The notes under the pieces are model-generated. The model was not told where the DNA came from, searched no databases, and saw only the letters and a list, made by a program, of their open reading frames with translations. Both the position numbers and the translations under genes were made by a program. 64,000 bases of DNA from Euprymna scolopes (Eukaryota), in NCBI GenBank assembly GCA_053919585.1, contig CM132800.1; one strand, given 5' to 3'. Shown here piece after piece: positions 1 through 18,000 of this stretch. Numbering within the stretch: the first letter of the stretch is position 1; each line of letters opens with the position of its first letter.

Positions 1-3000
1 ATAATTTCAGTGATATAAGCATATTAATATAATATCAATGATATAAGCATATTAATATAATTTCAGGGATATAAGTATATTAATATAATTTCAGTTATAT
101 AAGCATATCGAAATAATTTCAGTGATAAGCATATTAATATAATTTCAGTGATATAAGCATATTAATATAATTTCAGTTATATAAGTATATTAATATAATT
201 TCAGTGGTATAACCATATTAATATAATTTCATTGATATAAGCATATTAATATAATTTCAGTGATATAAGCATATTAATATAATTTCAGTGATATAAGCAT
301 ATCGAAATAATTTCAGTGATATAAGCATAGTAATATAATTTCAGTGATATAATCATATTACTATAATTTTAGTGATATAAGCATATTAATATAATTTCAG
401 TGATATAAGCATATTAATATAATTTCAGTGATATAAGCATATTAATATAATTTCAGTGATATAATCATATCAATATTATTTCAGTGATATAAGCATATTA
501 ATATAATAGCAGTAATATTAGAATAGTAATATAATTTCCGTGATATAAGCACATTATTATAATTTCAGTGATATAAGCATATTGATATAATATCAATGAT
601 ATAAGCATATTAATATAATGTCAGTGATATAAGCATATTAATATAATTTCAGTGATATAAGCATATTAATATAATTTCAGTGATATAAGCATAGTAATAT
701 AATTTAAGTGATATAAGCATATCGAAATAATTTCAGTGATATAAGCATATTAATATAATTTCAATGATATAAGCATATTAATATAATTTAAGTGATATAA
801 ACATATCGACATAATTTCAGTGATATAAGCACATTAATATAATTTCAGTGATATAAGCATATTAATATAATTTCAGTGATATAAGCATAGTAATATAATT
901 TCAGTGATATAAGCATATCGAAATTATTTCAGTGATATAGACATATTAATATAATTTCAGTGATATAAGCATATTAATATAATATCAGTAATATTAGAAT
1001 AGTAATATAATTTCAGTGATATAAGCACATTAATATAAATTCAGTGATATAAGCATATTAATATAATATCAGTAATATAAGAATAGTAATATAATTTCAG
1101 TGATATAAGCATATTAATATAATGTCAGTGATATAAGCATATTAATATAATGTCAGTGATATAAGCATATTAATATAATTTCAGTGATATAAGCATATTA
1201 ATATAATGTCAGTGATATACGCATAGTAATATAATATCAGTGATATAAGCATATTAATATAATTTCACTGATATAAGCATAGTAATATAATTTCAGTGAT
1301 ATAAACATATTAATATAATGTCAGTGATATAAGCATATTAATATAATTTCAGTGATATAAGCATATTAATTTAATGTCAGTGATATAAGCATAGAAATAT
1401 AATTTCAGTGATATAAGCACATTAATATAATTTCAGTGATATAAGCATATTAATATAATTTCAGTGATATAAGCATATTAATATAATTTCACTGATATAA
1501 GCATATTAATATAATTTCAGTGATATAAGCATAGTAATATAATTCCGGTGATATAAGCATATTAATATAATTTCAGTGATATAAGCATATTAATATAATT
1601 TCAGTTATATAAGCATACTAATATAATATAAGTAATATTAGAATAGTAATATAATTTTAGTGATATAAGCACATAATTATAATTTCAGTGATATAAGCAT
1701 ATTAATATAATTTCAGTGATATAAGAATATTAATATAATTTCAGTGATATAAGCATATTAATATAATTTCAGTGATATAAACATATTAATATAATTTCAG
1801 TGATATAAGCATATTAATATAATTTCAGTGATATAAGCATATTAAGCAAATTTCAGTGATATAAGCATATTAATATCATTTCAGTGATAAGCATATAAAT
1901 ATAATTTCAGTGATATAAGCATATTCATATAATTTCAGTGATATAAGCATATTAATATAATTTCAGTGATATAAGCATATTAATATAATTTCAGTGATAT
2001 AAGCATATTAATATAATTTCAGTGATATAAGCATATCGAAATAATTTAAGTGATAAGCATATTAATATAATTTCAGTTATAAAGGCATATTAATATAATT
2101 TCAGTGATATAAGCATAGTAATATAATTTCAGTGATATAAGCATATTAATATAATTTCAGTGATATAAGCATATCGAAATAATTACAGTGATAAGCATAT
2201 TAATATAATTTCACTTATAAAGGCATATTAATATTATTTCAGTGATATAAGCATATTAATATAATATCAGTGATATAAGCACATTAATATAATTTCAGTG
2301 ATATAAGCATATTAATATAATTTCAGTGATAAGCATATTAATATAATTTCAGTGATATAAGCATAATTATATAATTACAGTGATATAAGCATATCGAAAT
2401 AATTTCAGTGATAAGCATATTAATATAATTTCAGTTATATAAGCATATTAATATAATTTCAGTGATATAAGCATATTAATATAATTTCAGTGGTATCAGC
2501 ATATTAATATAATTTCAGTGATATAAGCATATTAATATAATTTCAGTGATATAAGCATATTAACATAATTTCAGTGATATAAGCATATTAATATAACTTC
2601 ATTGAAAAGCATATTAATAAAATTTCAGTGATATAAGCATATCGAAATAATTTCAGTGATATAAGCATATTAATATAATTTCAGTGATATAAGCATATTA
2701 ATATAATTTCAGTGATATAAGCATATCGAAATAATTTCAGTGATATAAACATATTAATATAATTTCAGTGATATAAGCATATTAATATAATAGCAGTAAT
2801 ATTAGAATAGTAATATAATTCCCGTGATATAAGCACATTAATATAATTTCAGTGATATAAGCATATTGATATAATATCAATGATATAAGCATATTAATAT
2901 AATTTCAGTCATATAAGCATATTAATATAATGTCAGTGATATAAGCATATTAATATATTCTCAGTGATATAAGCATATTAATATAATGTCAGTGATATAT

Positions 3001-6000
3001 GCATAGTAATATAATGTCAGTGATATAAGCATATTAATATAATTTCAGTGATATAAGCATAGTAATATAATTTCAGTGATATAAGCATATTAATATAATG
3101 TCAGTGATATAAGCACATTAATATAATTTCAGTGATATAAGCATATTAATATAATTTCAGTGATATAAGCATATTAATATAATGTCAGTGATATAAGTAT
3201 ATTAATATAATTTCAGTGATATAAGCATATTAATATAATGTCAGTGATATAAGCATAGTAATATAATTTCAGTGATATAAGCACATTAATATAATTTCAG
3301 TGATATAAGCATATTATTATAATTTCAGTGATATAAGCATATTAATATAATGTCAGTAATATAAGCATATTAATATAATTTCAGTGATATAAGCATAGTA
3401 ATATAATTCCAGTGATATAAGCATATTAATATATTTTCAGTGATACAAGCATATTAATATAATTTCAGTGATATATGCATACTAATATAATATCAGTAAT
3501 ATTAGAATAGTAATATAATTTTAGTGATATAAGCACATAATTATAATTTCAGTGATATAAGCATATTAATATAATTTCAGTGATATAAGAATATTAATAC
3601 AATTTCAGTGATATAAGCATATTAATATAATTTCAGTGATATAAACATATTAATATAATTTCAGTGATGTAAGCATATTAATATAATTTCAGTGATATAA
3701 GCATATAATTAAACTTTCAGTGATATAAGCATATTAATATAATTTAAGTGATATAAGCATATTAATATCATTTCAGTGGTATAAGCATATTAATATAATT
3801 TCAGTGATATAAGCATATTAATATAATTTCAGTGATATAAGCATATTAATATAATTTCAGTGATATAAGCATATTAATATAAGTTAAGTGGTATAAGCAT
3901 ATTAATATAATTTCAGTGATATAAGCATATTAATATAATTTCAGTGATATAAGCATAGTAATATAATTTCAGTGATATAAGCATATTAATATAATTTCAG
4001 TCGTGTAAGCATATTAATATAATTTCAGTGATATAAACATATTTATATAATTTCAGTGATATAAGCATATTTATATAATTTCAGTGATAAGCATATTAAT
4101 ATAATTTCAGTGATATAAGCATATTAATATAATTTCAGTTGGTATAAGCATAGTAATATAATTTCAGTGGTATAAGCATATGAATATAATTTCAGTGATA
4201 TAAGCATATTGATATAATTTCAGTGATATAAGCATATTAATATAATTTCAGTGGTATAAGCATATTAATATAATTGCAGTGGTATAAGCATATTAATATA
4301 ATTTCAGTGATATAAGTATATTAATATAATTTCAGTTATATAAGCATATCGAAATAATTAAAGTGATAAGCATATTAATATAATTTCAGTCGTGTAAGCA
4401 TATTAATATAATTTCAGTCGTGTAAGCATATTAATATAATTTTAGTGATATAAGCATATTAATATAATTTCAGTGATATAAGCATATAAATATAATTTCA
4501 GTGATATAAGCATATTAATATAATTTCAGTGATATAAGCATATTAATATAATTTCAGTGACATAAGCATATTAATATAATTTCAGTGATATAATCATATT
4601 AATATAATTTCAGTGATATAAGCATATTTATATAATTTCAGTGATAAGCATATTAATATAATTTCAGTGATATAAGCATATTGATATAATATCAGTTGGT
4701 ATAAGCATAGTAATATAATTTCAGTGGTATAAGCATATGAATATAATTTCAGTGATATAAGTATATTGATATAATTTCAGTGATATAAGCATATTAATAT
4801 AATTTCAGTGGTATAAGCATATTAATATAACTGCAGTGGTATAAGCATATTAATATAATTTCAGTGATATAAGTATATTAATATAATTTCATTTATATAA
4901 GCATATCGAAATAATTTCAGTGATAAGCATATTAATATAATTTCAGTGATATAAGCATTATCATATAATTTCAGTTATATAAGCATATTAATATAATTTC
5001 AGTGATATAAGCATAGTAATATAATTTCAGTGATATAAGCATATTAATATCATTTCAGTGATATAAGCATATTAATATAATTTCAGTGATATAAGCATAT
5101 CGAAATAATTTCAGTTATATAAGCATAGTAATATAATTTCAGTGATATAAGCATATTAATATAATTTTAGTGATATAAGCATATAAATATAATTTCAGTG
5201 ATATAAGCATATTAATATAATTTCAGTGATATAAGCATATTAATATAATTTCAGTGATATAATCATATCAATATAATTTCAGTGATATAAGCATATTAAT
5301 ATAATAGCAGTAATATTAGAATAGTAATATAATTTCCGTGATATAAGCACATTAATATAATTTCAGTGATATAAGCATATTGATAGAATATCAATGATAT
5401 AAGCATATTTATATAATGTCAGTGATATAAGCATATAAATATAATTTCAGTGATATAAGCATAGTAATATAATTTCAGTGATATAAGCATATCGAAATAA
5501 TTTCAGTGATATAAGCATATTAATATAATTTCAATGATATAAGCATATTAATATAATTTCAGTGATATAAACATATCGACATAATTTCAGTGATATAAGC
5601 ACATTAATATAATTTCAGTGATATAAGACTATTAATATAATTTCAGTGATATAAGCATATTAATATAATATCAGTAATATTAGAATAGTAATATAATTTC
5701 AGTGATATAAGCACATTAATATAAATTCAGTGATATAAGCATATTAATATAATATCAGTAATATTAGAATAGTAATATAAATTCAGTGATATAAGCATAT
5801 TAATATAATTTCAGTGATATAAGCATATTAATATAATGTCAGTGATATAAGCATATTAATATAATTTCAGTGATATAAGCATATTAATATAATGTCAGTG
5901 ATATACGCATAGTAATATAATGTCAGTGATATAAGCATATTAATATAATGTCAGTGATATAAGCATAGTAATATAATTTCAGTGATATAAACATATTAAT

Positions 6001-9000
6001 ATAATGTCAGTGATATAAGCATATTAATATAATTTCAATGATATAAGCATATTAATATAATTTCAGTGATATAAACATATCGACATAATTTCAGTGATAT
6101 AAGCACATTAATATAATTTCAGTGATATAAGCATATTAATATAATTTCAGTGATATAAGCATATAAATATAATATCAGTAATATTAGAATAGTAATATAA
6201 TTTCAGTGATATAAGCACATTAATATAAATTCAGTGATATAAGCATATTAATATAATATCAGTAATATTAGAATAGTAATATAATTTCAGTGATATAAGC
6301 ATATTAATATAATTTCAGTGATATAAGCATATTAATATAATTTAAGTGGTATAAGCATATTAATATAATTTCAGTGATATAAGCATATTAATATAATTTC
6401 AGTGATATAAGCATAGTAATATAATTTCAGTGATATAAGCATATTAATATAATTTCAGTCGTGTAAGCATATTAATATAATTTCAGTGATATAAACATAT
6501 TAATATAATTTCAGTGATATAAGCATATTAATATAATTTCAGTGATGAAAGCATATTAATATAATTTCAGTGATATAAGCATATTAATATAATTTCAGTG
6601 ATATAAGCATATTAATATAATTTCAGTGGTATAAGCATATTAATATAATTTCAGTGACATAAGCATATTAATATAATTTCAGTGATATAATCATATTAAT
6701 ATAATTTCAGTGATATAAGCATATTTATATAATTTCAGTGATAAGCATATTAATATAATTTCAGTGATATAAGCATATTAATATAATTTCAGTTGGTATA
6801 AGCATAGTAATATAATTTCAGTGGTATAAGCATATTGATATAATTTCAGTGATATAAGCATATTAATATAATTTCAGTGGTATAAGCATATTAATATAAT
6901 TGCAGTCGTATAAGCATATTAATATAATTTCAGTGATATAAGTATATTAATATAATTTCAGTTATATAAGCATATCGAAATAATTTCAGTGATAAGCATA
7001 TTAATATAATTTCAGTCGTGTAAGCATATTAATATAATTTCAGTCGTGTAAGCATATTAATATAATTTCAGTGATATAAGCATATTAATATAATTTCAGT
7101 GATATAAGCATATTAATATAATGTCAGTGATATACGCATAGTAATATAATGTCAGTGATATAAGCATATTAATATAATTTCAGTGATATAAGCATATTAA
7201 TATAATTTCAGTGATATAAGCATATCGAAATAATTTCAGTGATATAAGCATAGTAATATAATTTCAGTGATATAATCATATAAATATAATTTTAGTGATA
7301 TAAGCATATTAATATAATTTCAGTGATATAAGCATATTAATATAATTTCAGTGATATAAGCATATTAATATAATTTCAGTGATATAATCATATCAATATA
7401 ATTTCAGTGATATAAGCATATTAATATAATAGCAGTAATATTAGAATAGTAATATAATTTCCGTGATATAAGCACATTAATATAATTTCAGTGATATAAG
7501 CATATTGATATAATATCAATGATATAAGCATATTAATATAATGTCAGTGATATAAGCATATTAATATAATTTCAGTGATATAAGCATATTAATATAATTT
7601 CAGTGATATAAGCGTAGTAATATAATTTCAGTGATATAAGCATATCGAAATAATTTCAGTGATATAAGCATATTAATATAATTTCAATGATATAAGCATA
7701 TTAATATAATTTCAGTGATATAAACATATCGACATAATTTCAGTGCTATAAGCACATTAATATAATTTCAGTGATATAAGCATATTAATATAATTTCAGT
7801 GATATAAGCATAGTAATATAATTTCAGTGATATAAGCATATCGAAATAATTTCAGTGATATAAACATATTAATATAATTTCAGTGATATAAGCATATTAA
7901 TATAATATCAGTAATATTAGAATAGTAATATAATTTCAGTGATATAAGCACATTAATATAAATTCAGTGATATAAGCATATTAATATAATATCAGTAATA
8001 TTAGAATAGTAATATAATTTCAGTGATATAAGCATATTAATATAATGTCAGTGATATAAGCATATTAATATAATGTCAGTTATATAAGCATATTCATATA
8101 ATTTCAGTGATATAAGCATATTAATATAATGTCAGTGATATACGCATAGTAATATAATGTCAGTGATATAAGCATATTAATATAATGTCAGTGATATAAG
8201 CATAGTAATATAATTTCAGTGATATAAACATATTAATATAATGTCAGTGATATAAGCACATTAATATAATTTCAGTGATATAAGCATATTAATATAATTT
8301 CAGTGATATAAGCATATTAATATAATGTCAGTGATATAAGCATATTAATATAATTTCAGTGATATAAGCATATTAATTTAATGTCAGTGATATAAGCATA
8401 GTAATATAATTTCACTGATATAAGCACATTTATATAATTTCAGTGATATAAGCATATTAATATAATTTCAGTGATATAAGCATATTAATATAATTTCACT
8501 GATATAAGCATATTAATATAATTTCAGTGATATAAGCATAGTAATATAATTCCAGTGATATAAGCATATTAATATAATTTCAGTGATATAAGCATATTAA
8601 TATAATTTCAGTGATATAAGCATACTAATATAATATCAGTAATATTAGAATAGTTATATAATTTTAGTGATATAAGCACATAATTATAATTTCAGTGATA
8701 TAAGCATATTAATATAATTTCAGTGATATAAGAATATTAATATAATTTCAGTGATATAAGCATACTAATATAATTTCAGTGATATAAACATATTAATATA
8801 ATTTCAGTGATATAAGCATATTAATATAATTTCAGTGATATAAGCATATTAATATAATTTCAGTGATATAAGCATATTAATATAATTTCAGTGATATAAG
8901 CATATTAATATAATTTCAGTGATATAAGCATATCGAAATAATTTCAGTGATAAGCATATTAATATAATTTCAGTTATAAAGGCATATTAATATAATTTCA

Positions 9001-12000
9001 GTGATATAAGCATATTAATATAATTTCAGTGATATAAGCATATTAATATAATTTCAGTGATATAAGCATATCGAAAAAATTTCAGTGATAAGCATATTAA
9101 TATAATTTCACGTATAAAGGCATATTAATATTATTTCAGTGACATAAGCATATTAATATAATTTCAGTGATATAAGCACATTAATATAATTTCAGTGATA
9201 TAAGCATATTAATATAATTTCAGTGATAAGCATATTAATATAATTTCAGTGATATAAGCATATTAATATAATTACAGTGATATAAGCATATCGAAATAAT
9301 TTCAGTGATAAGCATATTAATATAATTTCAGTTATATAAGCATATTAATATAATTTCAGTGATATAAGCATAGTAATATAATTTCAGTGGTATCAGCATA
9401 TTAATATAATTTCAGTGATATAAGCATATTAATATAATTTCAGTGATATAAGCATAGTAACATAATTTCAGTGATATAAGCATATTAATATAACTTCATT
9501 GAAAAGCATATTAAGAAAATTTCAGTGATATAAGCATATCGAAATAATTTCAGTGATATAAGCATATTAATATAATTTCAGTGATATAAGAATATTAATA
9601 TAATTTCAGTGATATAAGCATATCGAAATAATTTCAGTGATATAAACATATTAATATAATTTCAGTGATATAAGCATATTAATATAATAGCAGTAATATT
9701 AGAATAGTAATATAATTTCCGTGATATAAGCACATTAATATAATTTCAGTGATATAAGCATATTGATATAATATCAATGATATAAGCATATTAATATAAT
9801 GTCAGTGATATAAGCATATTAATATAATTTCAGTGATATAAGCATATTAATATAATTTCAGTGATATAAGCATAGTAATATAATTTCAGTGATATAAGCA
9901 TATCGAAATAATTTCAGTGATATAAGCATATTAATATAATTTCAATGATATAAGCATATTAATATAATTTCAGTGATATAAGCATATCGACATAATTTCA
10001 GTGATATAAGCACATTAATATAATTTCAGTGATATAAGCATATTAATATAATTTCAGTGATATAAGAATAGTAATATAATTTCAGTGATATAAGCATATC
10101 GAAATAATTTCAGTGATATAGATATATTTATATAATTTTAGTGATATAAGCATATTAATATAATATCAGTAATATTAGAATAGTAATATAATTTCAGTGA
10201 TATAAGCATATTAATATAAATTCAGTGATATAAGCATATTAATATAATTTCAGTAATATTAGAATAGTAATATAATTTCAGTGATATAAGCATATTAATA
10301 TAATTTCAGTGATATAAGCATATTAATATAATTTCAGTGATATAAGCATATTAATATAATGTCAGTGATATATGCATAGTAATATAATGTCAGTGATATA
10401 AGCATATTAATATAATGTCAGTGATACAAGCATAGTAATATAATTTCAGTAATATAAGCATATTAATATAATGTCAGTGATATAAGCACAGTAATATAAT
10501 TTCAGTGATATAAGCATATTAATATAATTTCAGTGATATAAGCATATTAATATAATGTCAGTGATATAAGCATATTAATATAATTTCAGTGATATAAGCA
10601 TATTAATATAATGTCAGTGATAAAAGCATATTAATATAATTTCACTGATATAAGCACATTAATATAATTTCAGTGATATAAGCATATTAATATAATTTCA
10701 GTGATATAAGCATATTAATATAATTTCAGTGATATAAGCATATTAATATAATTTGAGTTATATAAGCATAGTAATATAATTCCAGTGATATAAGCATATT
10801 AATATAATTTCAGTGTTATAAGCATATTAATATAATTTCAGTGATATAAGCATATTAATATAATATCAGTAATATTAGAATAGTAATACATTTCAGTGAT
10901 ATAAGCATATAATAATAATTTCAGTGATATAAGCATATTAATATAATATCAGTAATATTAGAATATTAATATAATTTCAGTGATATAAGCATATTAATAT
11001 AATTTCAGTGATATAAGCATATTAATATAATTTCAGTGATATAAGCATATTAATATAATATCAGTAATATTAAAATAGTAATATAATTTCAGTGATATAA
11101 GCACATTAATATAATTTCAATGATATAAGCATATTGATATAATATCAGTGATATAAGCATAGTAATATAATTTCAGTGCTATAAGCATATAATTATAATT
11201 TCAGTGATATAAGCATATTAATACAATATCAGTAATATTAGACCATTAATATAATTTCAGTGGTATAAGCATATTAATATAATTTCAGTGGTATAAGCAT
11301 ATTAATATAATTTCAGTAATATAAGCATAGTAATATAATTTCAGTGGTATAAGCATATTAATATAATTTCAGTGGTATAAGCACATTAATATAATTTCAG
11401 TGATATAAGCATATTAATATAATTTCAGTGATATAAGCATATTAATATAATTTCAGTGATATAAGCATATAAATAAAATATCAGTGATATAAGCATATTA
11501 ATATAATTTCAATGATATAAGCATATTAATATAATTTCAGTGATATAAGCATATTAATATAATTTCAGTGGTATAAGCATATTAATATAATTTCAGTGAT
11601 ATAAGCATATTGATATAATTTTAGTGGTATAAGCATATTAATATAATTTCAGTGATATAAGCATATTAATATAATTTCAGTGATATAAGCATATTAATAT
11701 AATTTCAGTGATGTAAGCATATTAATATAATTTCAGTGATATAAGCATATTAATATAATTTCAGTGATATAAGCATATTAATATAATTTCAGTGATATAA
11801 GCATATTAATATAATATCAGTGATATAAGCATATTAATATAATTTCAATGATATAAGCATATTAATATAATTTCAGTGATATAAGCATATTTATATAATT
11901 TCAGTGATATAAGCATATTAATATAATTTTAGTGATATATGCTTATTAATATAATTTCAGTGATATAAGCATATCGAAATAATTTCAGTGATAAGCATAT

Positions 12001-15000
12001 TAATATAATTTCAGTTATATAGGCATATTAATATAATTTCAGTGATATAAGCATATGAATATAATTTCAGTGATATAAGCATATTAATATAATTTAAGTG
12101 ATATAAGCATATTAATACAATATCAGTAATATTCGAACATTAATATAATTTCAGTGGTATAAACATATTAATATAAGTTCAGTGATATAAGCATATTAAT
12201 ATAATTTCAGTGATATAAGCATAGTAATATAATTTCAGTGATATAAGCATATTAATATAATTTCAGTGATATAAGCATATTAATATAATTTCAGTGATAT
12301 AAGCATAGTAATATAATTTTAGTGATATAAGCATATTAATATAATTTCAGTGATATAAGCATATTGATATAATATCAGTAATATTAGAATAGTAATATAA
12401 TTTCAGTGATATAAGCACATTAATATAATTTCAGTGATATAAGCATATTGATATAATATCAGTGATATAAGCATAGTAATATAATTTCAGTGCTATAAGC
12501 ATATTAATATAATTTCAGTGTTATAAGCATATTAATATAATTTCAGTGATATAAGCATATTAATATAATATCAGTAATATTAGAATAGTAATACATTTCA
12601 GTGATATAAGCATATAATAATAATTTCAGTGATATAAGCATATTAATATAATATCAGTAATATTAGAATATTAATATAATTTCAGTGATATAAGCATATT
12701 AATATAATTTCAGTGATATAAGCATATTAATATAATTTCAGTGATATAAGTATATTAATATAATATCAGTAATATTAAAATAGTAATATAATTTCAGTGA
12801 TATAAGCACATTAATATAATTTCAATGATATAAGGATATTGATATAATATCAGTGATATAAGCATAGTAATATAATTTCAGTGCTATAAGCATATAATTA
12901 TAATTTCAGTGATATAAGCATATTAATACAATATCAGTAATATTAGACCATTAATATAATTTCAGTGGTATAAGCATATTAATATAATTTCAGTGGTATA
13001 AGCATATTAATATAATTTCAGTAATATAAGCATAGTAATATAATTTCAGTGGTATAAGCATATTAATATAATTTCAGTGGTATAAGCACATTAATATAAT
13101 TTCAGTGATATAAGCATATTAATATAATTTCAGTGATATAAGCATATTAAAATAATTTCAGTGATATAAGCATATAAATATAATATCAGTGATATAAGCA
13201 TATTAATATAATTTCAATGATATAAGCATATTAATATAATTTCAGTGATATAAGCATATTAATATAATTTCAGTGGTATAAGCATATTAATATAATTTCA
13301 GTGATATAAGCATATTGATATAATTTTAGTGGTATAAGCATATTAATATAATTTCAGTGATATAAGCATATTAATATAATTTCAGTGATATAAGCATATT
13401 AATATAATTTCAGTGATGTAAGCATAGTAATATAATTTCAGTGATATAAGCATATTAATATAATTTCAGTGATATAAGCATATTAATATAATTTCAGTGA
13501 TATAAGTATAGTAATATAATTTTAGTGATATAAGCATATTAATATAATTTCAATGATATAAGCATATTAATATAATATCAGTAATATTAGAATAGTAATA
13601 TAATTTCAGTGATATAAGCACATTAATATAATTTCAGTGATATAAGCATATTGATATAATATCAGTGATATAAGCATAGTAATATAATTTCAGTGCTATA
13701 AGCATATTAATATAATTTCAGTGATATAAGCATAGTAATATAATTTCAGTGATATAAGCATATCGAAATAAATTTAGTGATATAAGAATATTAATATAAT
13801 TTCAGTGGTATAAGCATAGTTATATAATTTCAGTGGTATAAGCATATTAATATAATTTCAGTGATATAAGCATAGTAATATAATTTCAGGGGTATAAGCA
13901 TATTAATATAATTTCAGTGATATAAGCATATTAATATAATTTCAGTGATATAAGCATATTAATATAATTTTAGTGGTATAAGCATATTAATATAATTTCA
14001 GTGATATAAGCATATTTATATAATTTCAGTGATATAAGCATATTAATATAATTTCAGTGATGTAAGCATATTAATATAATTTCAGTGATATAAGCATATT
14101 AATATAATTTCAGTGATGTAAGCATATTAATATAATTTTAGTGGTATAAGCATATTAATATAATTTCAGTGATATAAGCATATTTATATAATTTCAGTGA
14201 TATAAGCATATTAATATAATTCCAGTGATATAAGTATATTAATATAATTTCAGTGATATAAGCATATTAATATAATTTCAGTGATATAAGCATATTACTA
14301 TAATATCAGTGATATAAGCATATTAATATAATTTCAATGATATAAGCATATTAATATAATTTCAGTGATATAAGCATATTCATATAATTTCAGTGATATA
14401 AGCATATTAATATAATTTCAGTGATATAAGCATATTAATATAATTTCAGTGATATAAGCATATTAATATAATTTCAGTGATATAAGCATATCGAAATAAT
14501 TTCAGTGATAAGCATATTAATATAATTTCACTTATAAAGGCATATTAATATTATTTCAGTGATATAAGCATATTAATATAATTTCAGTGATATAAGCACA
14601 TTAATATAATTTCAGTGATATAAGCATATTAATATAATTTCAGTGATAAGCATATTAATATAATTTCAGTGATATAAGCATATTAATATAATTACAGTGA
14701 TATAAGCATATCGAAATAATTTCAGTGATAAGCATATTAATATAATTTCAGTTATATAAGCATATTAATATAATTTCAGTGATATAAGCATATTAATATA
14801 ATTTCAGTTGTATCAGCATATTAATATAATTTCAGTGATATAAGCATATTAACATAATTTCAGTGATATAAGCATATTAATATAACTTCATTGAAAAGCA
14901 TATTAATAAAATTTCAGTGATATAAGCATATCGAAATAATTTCAGTGATATAAGCATATTAATATAATTTCAGTGATATAAGCATATCGAAATAATTGCA

Positions 15001-18000
15001 GTGATATAAACATATAAATATAATTTCAGTGATATAAGCATATTAATATAATAGAAGTAATATTAGAATAGTAATATAATTTCCGTGATATAAGCATATT
15101 GATATAATATAATTTCAGTGATATAAGCATATTGATATAATATCAATGATATAAGCATATTAATATAATGTCAGTGATATAAGCATATTAATATAATTTC
15201 AGTGATATAAGCATATTAATATAATTTCAGTGATATAAGCATAGTAATATAATTTCAGTGATATAAGCATATCGAAATAATTTCAGTGATATAAGCATAT
15301 TAATATAATATCAATGATATAAGCATATTAATATAATTTCAGGGATATAAGTATATTAATATAATTTCAGTTATATAAGCATATCGAAATAATTTCAGTG
15401 ATAAGCATATTAATATAATTTCAGTGATATAAGCATATTAATATAATTTCAGTTATATAAGTATATTAATATAATTTCAGTGGTATAACCATATTAATAT
15501 AATTTCATTGATATAAGCATATTAATATAATTTCAGTGATATAAGCATATTAATATAATTTCAGTGATATAAGCATATCGAAATAATTTCAGTGATATAA
15601 GCATAGTAATATAATTTCAGTGATACAATCATATTACTATAATTTTAGTGATATAAGCATATTAATATAATTTCAGTGATATAAGCATATTAATATAATT
15701 TCAGTGATATAAGCATATTAATATAATTTCAGTGATATAATCATATCAATATTATTTCAGTGATATAAGCATATTAATATAATAGCAGTAATATTAGAAT
15801 AGTAATATAATTTCCGTGATATAAGCACATTATTATAATTTCAGTGATATAAGCATATTGATATAATATCAATGATATAAGCATATTAATATAATGTCAG
15901 TGATATAAGCATATTAATATAATTTCAGTGATATAAGCATATTAATATAATTTCAGTGATATAAGCATAGTAATATAATTTCAGTGATATAAGCATATCG
16001 AAATAATTTCAGTGATATAAGCATATTAATATAATTTCAATGATATAAGCATATTAATATAATTTAAGTGATATAAACATATCGACATAATTTCAGTGAT
16101 ATAAGCACATTAATATAATTTCAGTGATATAAGCATATTAATATAATTTCAGTGATATAAGCATAGTAATATAATTTCAGTGATATAAGCATATCGAAAT
16201 TATTTCAGTGATATAGACATATTAATATAATTTCAGTGATATAAGCATATTAATATAATATCAGTAATATTAGAATAGTAATATAATTTCAGTGATATAA
16301 GCACATTAATATAAATTCAGTGATATAAGCATATTAATATAATATCAGTAATATTAGAATAGTAATATAATTTCAGTGATATAAGCATATTAATATAATG
16401 TCAGTGATATAAGCATATTAATATAATGTCAGTGATATAAGCATATTAATATAATTTCAGTGATATAAGCATATTAATATAATGTCAGTGATATACGCAT
16501 AGTAATATAATGTCAGTGATATAAGCATATTAATATAATGTCAGTGATATAAGCATAGTAATATAATTTCAGTGATATAAACATATTAATATAATGTCAG
16601 TGATATAAGCATATTAATATATTTTAGTGATATAAGCATATTAATTTAATGTCAGTGATATAAGCATAGTAATATAATTTCAGTGATATAAGCACATTAA
16701 TATAATTTCAGTGATATAAGCATATTAATATAATTTCAGTGATATAAGCATATTAATATAATTTCACTGATATAAGCATATTAATATAATTTCACTGATA
16801 TAAGCATAGTAATATAATTCCGGTGATATAAGCATATTAATATAAGTTCAGTGATATAAGCATATTAATATAATTTCAGTGATATAAGCATACTAATATA
16901 ATATAAGTAATATTAGAATAGTAATATAATTTTAGTGATATAAGCACATAATTATAATTTCAGTGATATAAGCATATTAATATAATTTCAGTGATATAAG
17001 AATATTAATATAATTTCAGTGATATAAGCATATTAATATAATTTCAGTGATATAAACATATTAATATAATTTCAGTGATATAAGCATATTAATATAATTT
17101 CAGTGATATAAGCATATTAAGAAAATTTCAGTGATATAAGCATATTAATATCATTTCAGTGGTATAAGCATATAAATATAATTTCAGTGATATAAGCATA
17201 TTCATATAATTTCAGTGATATAAGCATATTAATATAATTTCAGTGATATAAGCATATTAATATAATTTCAGTGATATAATCATATCAATATTATTTCAGT
17301 GATATAAGCATATTAATATAATAGCAGTAATATTAGAATAGTAATATAATATCCGTGATATAAGCACATTATTATAATTTCAGTGATATAAGCATATTGA
17401 TATAATATCAATGATATAAGCATATTAATATAATGTCAGTGATATAAGCATATTAATATAATTTCAGTGATATAAGCATATTAATATAATTTCAGTGATA
17501 TAAGCATAGTAATATAATTTCAGTGATATAAGCATATCGAAATAATTTCAGTGATATAAGCATATTAATATAATTTCAATGATATAAGCATATTAATATA
17601 ATTTAAGTGATATAAACATATCGACATAATTTCAGTGATATAAGCACATTAATATAATTTCAGTGATATAAGCATATTAATATAATTTCAGTGATATAAG
17701 CATAGTAATATAATTTCAGTGATATAAGCATATCGAAATTATTTCAGTGATATAGACATATTAATATAATTTCAGTGATATAAGCATATTAATATAATAT
17801 CAGTAATATTAGAAAAGTAATATAATTTCAGTGATATAAGCACATTAATATAAATTCAGTGATATAAGCATATTAATATAATATCAGTAATATTAGAATA
17901 GTAATATAATTTCAGTGATATAAGCATATTAATATAATGTCAGTGATATAAGCATATTAATATAATGTCAGTGATATAAGCATATTAATATAATTTCAGT

